From: Candidatus Fermentibacterota bacterium
Lineage (GTDB): Bacteria > Fermentibacterota > Fermentibacteria > Fermentibacterales > JCC-6
DNA length: 64,000 nucleotides
Direction of reading: 5' to 3'
Assembly (NCBI GenBank): GCA_030592645.1
Contig: JAUVIR010000005.1
Location: forward strand, 1,110 to 65,109
Both the position numbers and the translations under genes were made by a program. Shown here in pieces: positions 57,808 through 64,000 of this stretch; positions within the stretch are counted from its first letter, which is position 1, and the number at the start of each line of letters is the position of its first letter. The notes under the pieces are model-generated. The model did not search any database. It was not told where the DNA came from and worked only from the letters and a program-made list of their open reading frames with translations.

Positions 57808-59264
57808 AGATCCTCATGCGGGAGGGAATCCATCCCATGCTTTGCAGCTTCCGTTTTCATCAAACCGTTCATTTCCGCCAGAACATCATCTGATAATCCG
57901 GTGGGTTCGTACCCGCCAAGCAGCTTTGCTATCTCGCTTTTCGCCCGGTCTCCTATTGTCAGGCTTCCCTCTTCCTTCCATCTTGAACTGTTCGCCCTGT
58001 CTATCACAGCCCCGGGGAAATAGTGCTCATCCTGGAGGTATTTCCTTGTATGGTTCGCTATCAGAAGGTGTTTCTCCCGTAGAAGTTCCTCGAAGATCGG
58101 CTGAGAGGGGAAATCCTCTTTCGGTTCTATTCCCCTTGCAAGCCTGAGGGTCATTCCGCAGATCTCGTTATCAACCACAAGTTTTTCAAGGCTCTGGCAG
58201 CTTTCAAAATCAAGCATTCCCGGCCCGGATATGTTGTTTATCCCCGCCAGTGCGGCGAGAGTCGCGCCCATTGAGGTTTCAAGCCCTGCCTGCGCATCCA
58301 GCTGTTTCGCATCGCTCAGGGCGATATACGCCTGAGTCGGAAGGTTCAGATACTTACCTATTTCATTGTAGGCGCAATCTATCATCTGCGTTTCCACAGC
58401 TCCCATAGGTGTGGTCTCGTACCGTACATCGAATGCGGCTGGCGAACCGCCGTAGATAACAGGAGTGCCGGGCCGGGTGAGCTGGCTCAGCACGACACCG
58501 CTCAGAGTCTCCGCCGTATGCTGCACGAGGCTTCCAACCAGGGTCACGGGAGCCATGAAGCCGGAGAGCGGCATAGAGATGTACTCAACGGGTATGAAGT
58601 GCTTCGCGCAATCGACCAGATTCTGAGAAGTTACGTCGCTCCACTTCAATGGGGCGGTCGGGCAGCAGGAGAATATCGAGAGAGGTTTAGCAGCAAGGGC
58701 ATCGGTACTTCCCCGTACCGCCACCAGCAGATCCTTCATTACATCAAAAGCATCAATAGTAAATGCGCCTGTAACTACTGGTTTCTCGCAGTACAGAAGG
58801 CTGAGGAACAGCCTGTAGCTGTCCGATATTTTCTCATGCACATCTGATGGAATGAATGCGGTGCTCTGCGAAGCGATGTTATCCAGCCTGCTTACAATCT
58901 TCGCATACTCTACATAATCGGCAGTCAACGGTTTTCTTATCTCGCCGCTGTGGGGATCGAGAATATTGATAGCCGCGGAGCCGGGAGTGAAGTAAACATT
59001 ATGACCCGTCAGGTCATGTGTCTGCCTTCCCATAACATCGAAGAGCTTAACCGAATCCGGCGCTGCTGCAAGAGCCTTATCGATAATATCAGCCGTGAAA
59101 TGCACATGGTTTGTCTCCGAATCGACTGAAGCTCCATGATCCGACAGCATAGATAGAACACCGTCGTTATGGATTTCCATGCCAAGGTTACACAGAATAT
59201 CCCGCGCTTCTGAAATGATCCTTTCGATAAGCTCATCGCTCAGCAACCTGAATAACGGCCTCAT
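57804..59264 (-). CDS. MttB-superfamily (trimethylamine methyltransferase family) non-pyrrolysine methyltransferase
   Basis: PMPLSGFMAPVTLVGSLVQHTAETLSG, PGTPVIYG, SDAKQLDAQAG, GML; continuous ORF with no in-frame TAG. Confidence 0.92.
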   Translation of the reverse strand: MRPLFRLLSDELIERIISEARDILCNLGMEIHNDGVLSMLSDHGASVDSETNHVHFTADIIDKALAAAPDSVKLFDVMGRQTHDLTGHNVYFTPGSAAINILDPHSGEIRKPLTADYVEYAKIVSRLDNIASQSTAFIPSDVHEKISDSYRLFLSLLYCEKPVVTGAFTIDAFDVMKDLLVAVRGSTDALAAKPLSIFSCCPTAPLKWSDVTSQNLVDCAKHFIPVEYISMPLSGFMAPVTLVGSLVQHTAETLSGVVLSQLTRPGTPVIYGGSPAAFDVRYETTPMGAVETQMIDCAYNEIGKYLNLPTQAYIALSDAKQLDAQAGLETSMGATLAALAGINNISGPGMLDFESCQSLEKLVVDNEICGMTLRLARGIEPKEDFPSQPIFEELLREKHLLIANHTRKYLQDEHYFPGAVIDRANSSRWKEEGSLTIGDRAKSEIAKLLGGYEPTGLSDDVLAEMNGLMKTEAAKHGMDSLPHEDL

Positions 59265-59311
59265 AAAAGCTCCTTAATGCTTCAAGAGAATCAGATACTG
59301 AAGAACAACGG

Positions 59312-59340
59312 AAAGTAGAGATGCAACACTTGCATGTCAA
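59312..59340 (-). promoter_or_regulatory. Sigma-70 promoter of the methyltransfer operon with operator-like palindrome in the spacer
   Basis: Minus strand TTGACA(59340-59335)-N17-TACTTT(59317-59312); ATGCAA-N3-TTGCAT at 59321-59335. Confidence 0.65.
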
Positions 59341-59475
59341 GCTTCACAGAGTTGTTCAATCGTTAATGTAATGAAGGTGTTACCAGGTTAGCACAGTAAT
59401 TTAGTGTTGCTATTATAGCACACACTATTAATCGGAATTGATTTCATCTGCCATACCCGATAGAACTACTTCAGT

Positions 59476-61740
59476 TTACCTCTTTATAATGACAACCCGG
59501 CAGTATCGATGCGCACCGCCGGAACCGCTTACAGAACAGAGGTAAACCCCGTCCGGCACTCGTCTACCGTAATCATCAAGGCCGTTCCAGAACAGTGAAA
59601 ATATTCCAGCTGGAGCCTCAAATTCGGGGAGCTTACGCATGACCCTTCCTGCAAGGTCGTACACAGTCACCTGCAGCAAAGTGCTTACAGATAGCTCCAC
59701 TTCCAGCGAAAAGCCGTCTGAAGATGGATTCGGACTCACTGACAACCGATCAATAACCTGCTGCTGCGTATTTCCGGAGTTCTCAATGCCCTGAAGGTCT
59801 TCAAGGCGAAACATGCCCCCTCCGTAGGTGGAAACCAGCAATGCAGATCCGCTCATGACCATTGGTGAGTTGCCATAAATATGAGTTACACTGAGATCTC
59901 CTGTCAGCATCTCCCATGTATTGCCCAGATCGGGCGTTCTCCAAACTCCGCCACGCATAACGAATGAAGTATCCACCTCCGCACCATTGAAGCCGGCGAA
60001 AAGCGTATCCTCTTTAAAGAGCAGGTCACTCACCCATACAGGCTTCTCCCAGCCTCCGGATATCTCCTGCGTATAGGTCGGGTAGACCCTGAAAATGTTT
60101 CCCGTTTCTGTGCCTGTATACACATCTCCCCCGTACCATTCCAGAGACAGAAGGTTGTAGGCGGAAAGGTCAACGTAACTCCACGTCTGTCCCTGATCGA
60201 TGCTTACATAGAGTCCCGCAGTTGTCGCTGCGTAGAAGGTACCGCTCTGTGGAACCTGCAGGAACCTGGTGCACATGATCTGCAGAACCTGCTGAAAGCT
60301 CCCTCCTCCGTTAATGCTTCTGTAGATGCCGTAGGTGCCGAACTCCAGGTCCCACTCCGCGAGTAGAATAAGTGAGGGGTCGGTCTCATCCACAATAAGA
60401 TCGAATACTATCTTGTCACCCTGACGAATTGCCGTCCATGACGAAAAACCATCGTTCGACCTGAATGCCCCGTTGCGGAAAGTACCGCAGTACATGGTGT
60501 CCGAACTGCCGGGACTGTAATGAACAAAGAAGCCGTGTGCATCGGGACCCAGCCTCTCCCAGTTCTGCCCGCCATCGGTAGTGCGGGAAAGGCAGGGCAT
60601 GTTGATAAAGGGCATGTAACTACCCAGGTTTGCAGCGTAAACCGTCTCGGGGTCATTCGGGTCAACGGCAAGACCGGAGAGGTAAGAAGACGTTGGAGCA
60701 GATGGCAGAACAGTCCAGTTCTGCGCGCCATCCTCGGAGAAAAAGATGGGGCTGTTGGCAAACGCACCGCAGAACAGGCTGTCCCCGAGGGTCGATAACC
60801 CCATGAGCATAAGATTGTACGGCAGGGGAGGTGAGGTAACATCCGTCCACTCCCCGGAAGTTGATGTGTACTTAACGAAACCGGGGAAAATGCAGGCGTA
60901 TATCTCAGTTACCGGGCTGGTTCGAGCTATTGAAACCTCAGGTGTGTACACCGAGCTTAAGCTGAACTCGAAGCTGGAACCGTAATCCCAGCTCAGGTAT
61001 ATCCCGTAGGGATTTACTGCGGCAGCTACCACATTGTCATGGCTGTCCAGCTGCCAGACCGAGGCATCCGCGGGAATTGAGGATATCTGATCCCATGTAT
61101 TTCCGTTGGAGGAGCGGTACAACCCCTGCCCTTCAAGACCTGCCAGAAGTGTACCGTCACCGCAGCGGCAGATGCAGAGAGCCGTCTCGCCCTGCAGGCC
61201 GCACGGTTCCCAGTTCTGCCCTCCGTCCGCAGATACGTAGATTCCATCCCCCGGTTTTGGCGGGTCCCCCTCCCTGTCCAGACCGGTGCTTATGTAAAGG
61301 GAATCTCCATCATCGGAGGCTATCACGAGGTCGGACACCATGCGGGAAGCGATGCTGGATAGACCGTCAGTGATCTGCTGCCAGCTCTGACCACCGTTCA
61401 GGGATTTTAAAAGCCCGTACCTTCCGTAGGGATCGCAAATGTAGATGATATCAGGATTCAAGGGGTTCAGAATGATCTGCCAGGCTGTCATGTCGGGCCA
61501 TTCACCGGTCATCAGCTCCCAGGCTTGACCCCCATCAATTGTTTTCCATAGACCGCCGGAATCATCACTGCCTGCATAAATTACCTGAGGGTTGCCGGGA
61601 TGAACAGCAAAATCCTTGAAGTATCCCCCCTGCTGCCCACACCGCTCCCAGGAAAAACCCATAGCTGACCCCGCAAAAGAAAGGCAAAGTAGATACGAAG
61701 TGAAAAGAATACGATTGCAAGCTGTTACAAATATCCTCAT
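59476..61740 (-). CDS. Secreted BNR/Asp-box (VPS10/xyloglucanase-like) beta-propeller protein with CTD
   Basis: Repeated KTxDGGxxW / SxDGGxxW boxes; CTD VSPNP...VYDLAGRV...WNGLDDYG...GVY. Confidence 0.82.
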   Translation of the reverse strand: MRIFVTACNRILFTSYLLCLSFAGSAMGFSWERCGQQGGYFKDFAVHPGNPQVIYAGSDDSGGLWKTIDGGQAWELMTGEWPDMTAWQIILNPLNPDIIYICDPYGRYGLLKSLNGGQSWQQITDGLSSIASRMVSDLVIASDDGDSLYISTGLDREGDPPKPGDGIYVSADGGQNWEPCGLQGETALCICRCGDGTLLAGLEGQGLYRSSNGNTWDQISSIPADASVWQLDSHDNVVAAAVNPYGIYLSWDYGSSFEFSLSSVYTPEVSIARTSPVTEIYACIFPGFVKYTSTSGEWTDVTSPPLPYNLMLMGLSTLGDSLFCGAFANSPIFFSEDGAQNWTVLPSAPTSSYLSGLAVDPNDPETVYAANLGSYMPFINMPCLSRTTDGGQNWERLGPDAHGFFVHYSPGSSDTMYCGTFRNGAFRSNDGFSSWTAIRQGDKIVFDLIVDETDPSLILLAEWDLEFGTYGIYRSINGGGSFQQVLQIMCTRFLQVPQSGTFYAATTAGLYVSIDQGQTWSYVDLSAYNLLSLEWYGGDVYTGTETGNIFRVYPTYTQEISGGWEKPVWVSDLLFKEDTLFAGFNGAEVDTSFVMRGGVWRTPDLGNTWEMLTGDLSVTHIYGNSPMVMSGSALLVSTYGGGMFRLEDLQGIENSGNTQQQVIDRLSVSPNPSSDGFSLEVELSVSTLLQVTVYDLAGRVMRKLPEFEAPAGIFSLFWNGLDDYGRRVPDGVYLCSVSGSGGAHRYCRVVIIKR

Positions 61741-61981
61741 AGTGCCTTCCTCTGTTAAAAAAGCTTTGAATAGAAGAATCTACTTCTCAAGTATAAAGAA
61801 GAACATGCAACATGTAATCAACAGAATTATTCGCTATTTGACTGAGCGGGAGCTGTGACTGTAATATTAGCGGCATAGTTCTATCAGCGGCAGTCATTGC
61901 AGGCAACAACGTTCCGCAGGCTATCGAAGATTTCAGCCTTGTGATCTTGCTGGATCCGGCTTCAGGCAGAGCTGACAGGTT

Positions 61982-62710
61982 TCAGATAAAGCTAAGCTGT
62001 CCCGAGGGCTCCGGCATCTCGTCCCATATCCTGCCGTCCAGTGTCCTCCCGCCCGAGGAATGATGCGCCCCGCCCCACTGTTTGAAGTAGAAGGAAATCC
62101 CCTCGCTTATGCACCTGTCCCGCAGAGCGCGCGCCCATTCGATCTTCATCGGCCGGGCATCAGGACCGGATTCACCGCCAACCGCGGCCCAGTGAATACC
62201 AGCAAGGTTCACATCGCTCACATCGGACAGCAGCGGCTCGAAGGAGATGAAACGAACTATAGCATCCACCCTGCGCAGGCGCTCAAGACGATGGTAAACC
62301 TTCCTGTTCTCTACAGTCGTCCCCGCCCACACATTGTCAGGCCAGGATATTCTCCCCGAGAACTCAGCCATACGCTCTGGTCTCTTCGAAAGTATCTGGA
62401 ACACATGCCTGTCGCAGCGGCGCATCACATCCAGGACCTTTAGAATAAAAGCGTCCGGTACGTCGGGATGCATCAAATCTCCCATGGAAGTAACGAATAC
62501 AATCCTTGGCTTTCTCCATCCAAGAGGTATCTCCAGCGCATCCTCATGCACAGCAGCAGAGAATCCCCGGCGATACTTATCAACGCCCATGGCCTGCAGC
62601 TTCAGGGCGATACCCCTGGCGTAGCAATGATCGCACCCCTCGCTCACCGGGCTGCATCCGGTAACGGGGTTCCAGGTCTCGTGCTTCCACTCTGTTCGAG
62701 CTGCAGCCAC
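61982..62710 (-). CDS. DUF5131 (phage Gp37/Gp68-like) radical-SAM-like protein
   Basis: TWNPVTGCSPVSEGCDHCYA, SMGDLMH, FQILSKRPER, FISFEPLL, VGGESG, FYFKQWGG. Confidence 0.92.
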   Translation of the reverse strand: MAAARTEWKHETWNPVTGCSPVSEGCDHCYARGIALKLQAMGVDKYRRGFSAAVHEDALEIPLGWRKPRIVFVTSMGDLMHPDVPDAFILKVLDVMRRCDRHVFQILSKRPERMAEFSGRISWPDNVWAGTTVENRKVYHRLERLRRVDAIVRFISFEPLLSDVSDVNLAGIHWAAVGGESGPDARPMKIEWARALRDRCISEGISFYFKQWGGAHHSSGGRTLDGRIWDEMPEPSGQLSFI

Positions 62711-62718
62711 GTTAAAGA

Positions 62719-63903
62719 TTACTGCTTACCGGTAGATTCGGTCAGCAGTGTTACATTACCGGTGGTGAAGAACCCGTCGAAACCGCCGTACCTCTGAATG
62801 TACTCGTTCACAAGTAGCGTATTCGGGGACCCCAGAGAGAAAGTCTGCTGAAGACCCTCTTCGGGCGATCCAACCAGCTCAAGCAGAAAACCCATCCCGT
62901 CATCGACCAGCGCTTTGTAGGTGGAGTCGATCTTCCCGGTTCTGAATGCAAGGTGGTGCACCCTTGTGCCGTAATTCCTTATGAACTGCTCCGTGGGTCC
63001 CACATCCTCCTGCCCGTTGTCAGGCAGGATCCCCGATGTAAAGACCATCGCGAAATCGTTCTCCGACAGCCGAGCAACACTGGTGATGGAGTTGAAACCC
63101 TTTACATAAATGGCCATCGAAAAGTTGTAGTTGGTCAGCTCCATGAACTCGATAACAGCCTCATCCCTATGCTGTGCATGAATCCTGGTCGCGGTATGAT
63201 CAAGTTCGAAAATGCGGCTCAGATGAGCGGACTGCGGTTTTACGAACTCCCAGTCCAGGCTTACGGACCCCCGTGTCCTGAAATCCATTGACTTACCCTT
63301 CCACTGTACGAAACCGATGGAGGAACCGTGGAACTGCGAAGGGATGCTCTGCGTGTAAAGCATACTGTCCGTATCAAGGATGGAGTCCTCCTGGAAATAC
63401 ACGCCCCTTGAACTCTGGATCGATGTGTATCTGCCAAGGTCGGGAGTGGTGAAGACAAACGTCTCCAGATGCGTATTGGGAAGATGCGCTGCTTTCGGAG
63501 CGGCATTGAAGCTCGAGAAGGGATTCGTCCCGGTTTTTCGTGACCGGATGAGAATCGAGGGAGAACCTGCAGCCTTCAGAACACACGTCCTGAAACGATC
63601 ATCCTCGAATCCATCGGAATAGACAAAGCCGGTGTATCTCAGGAACTCTTTTACCGCTTCGCGCTGCCTTTCCGGTTCTGTGTTTATGATCACAAAACTC
63701 AAACCGCCCACCAGCCCCCCAAGCCCCAGGTCCCGCCGCTCTTCCTGTACCCTTGGAACTTCCTTCTCCAGAAATTCATCGCTGTTGCGAAAGTTATAAA
63801 CATGATGTTCATCAAGATGGCAGGTCGGGCAGCTCCCGGAAGCCTCCTCCTCAACGAAGTGAACAGCCATGCATTTTGGACAGATGAGCTTGTTCATCGC
63901 CAC
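62719..63903 (-). CDS. HPPD-like VOC-fold metalloenzyme with N-terminal zinc ribbon
   Basis: CPKC...CPTC; DHTATR, G..VHHLAF, EYIQR, GFFT.GNV..L as in the HPPD C-terminal domain. Confidence 0.75.
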   Translation of the reverse strand: MAMNKLICPKCMAVHFVEEEASGSCPTCHLDEHHVYNFRNSDEFLEKEVPRVQEERRDLGLGGLVGGLSFVIINTEPERQREAVKEFLRYTGFVYSDGFEDDRFRTCVLKAAGSPSILIRSRKTGTNPFSSFNAAPKAAHLPNTHLETFVFTTPDLGRYTSIQSSRGVYFQEDSILDTDSMLYTQSIPSQFHGSSIGFVQWKGKSMDFRTRGSVSLDWEFVKPQSAHLSRIFELDHTATRIHAQHRDEAVIEFMELTNYNFSMAIYVKGFNSITSVARLSENDFAMVFTSGILPDNGQEDVGPTEQFIRNYGTRVHHLAFRTGKIDSTYKALVDDGMGFLLELVGSPEEGLQQTFSLGSPNTLLVNEYIQRYGGFDGFFTTGNVTLLTESTGKQ

Positions 63904-63941
63904 AGTATACCTCCAGTTACCGGGTTTTGTATCAGTTTTCT

Positions 63942-64000
63942 TCAGTAGATAATATTTCCCACTATAGTGGTCGTCAAAGCCATTGTGCTACTCATCATAT
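63942..64000 (-). CDS. Possible C-terminal end of a gene entering from the right edge
   Basis: Open frame MMSSTMALTTTIVGNIIY* ending 39 nt before the HPPD-like start. Confidence 0.3.
   Translation of the reverse strand, partial: MMSSTMALTTTIVGNIIY

Noticed and set aside
57804-59264. Pyrrolysine-containing MttB
   Set aside because: The ORF is continuous with no in-frame TAG; Leu precedes SDAK where I expect Pyl
59265-59475. SAM or cobalamin riboswitch upstream of the methyltransfer operon
   Set aside because: No recognisable conserved cores, and the predicted promoter leaves only a ~40-nt leader
1-64000. CRISPR array, rRNA, intact IS or prophage
   Set aside because: No regularly spaced repeats, rRNA signatures, transposase or phage structural genes recognised

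Overview
Chromosomal window from a probably anaerobic, diderm bacterium of moderate GC. The FCB-type sigma-70 lacking region 1.1 and seven proteins with T9SS/FlgD-like C-terminal domains suggest an FCB candidate lineage such as Ca. Fermentibacterota (inference only). The left half (1-31.5 kb) is mostly minus-strand core operons: tricorn-like S41 protease, M23 peptidase, sigma-70, aspC-coaD-rsmD, a type IV pilus pilM/N-O-P-Q cluster, cysS-trpS-amgK-murU, GH57, SAM hydrolase, an RsbV/RsbW partner-switching module and tRNA-Cys. The right half is accessory: tandem TPR paralogs, secreted CTD-bearing enzymes, an inverted-repeat-flanked AT-rich element, a HerA-like ATPase, two pseudogenes, a methyltransfer operon, DUF5131 and an HPPD-like protein. 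Two candidate systems stand out. (1) A 1204-aa STAND-like NTPase-HEAT-PP2C phosphatase co-encoded with RsbV/RsbW, i.e. an NLR-like sensor wired to sigma-factor partner switching. (2) A split B12 methionine-synthase operon in which an MttB-superfamily methyltransferase stands where the folate-binding module would be. No CRISPR array, rRNA or intact transposase was seen. All family calls are from motif recognition by eye, not database searches.
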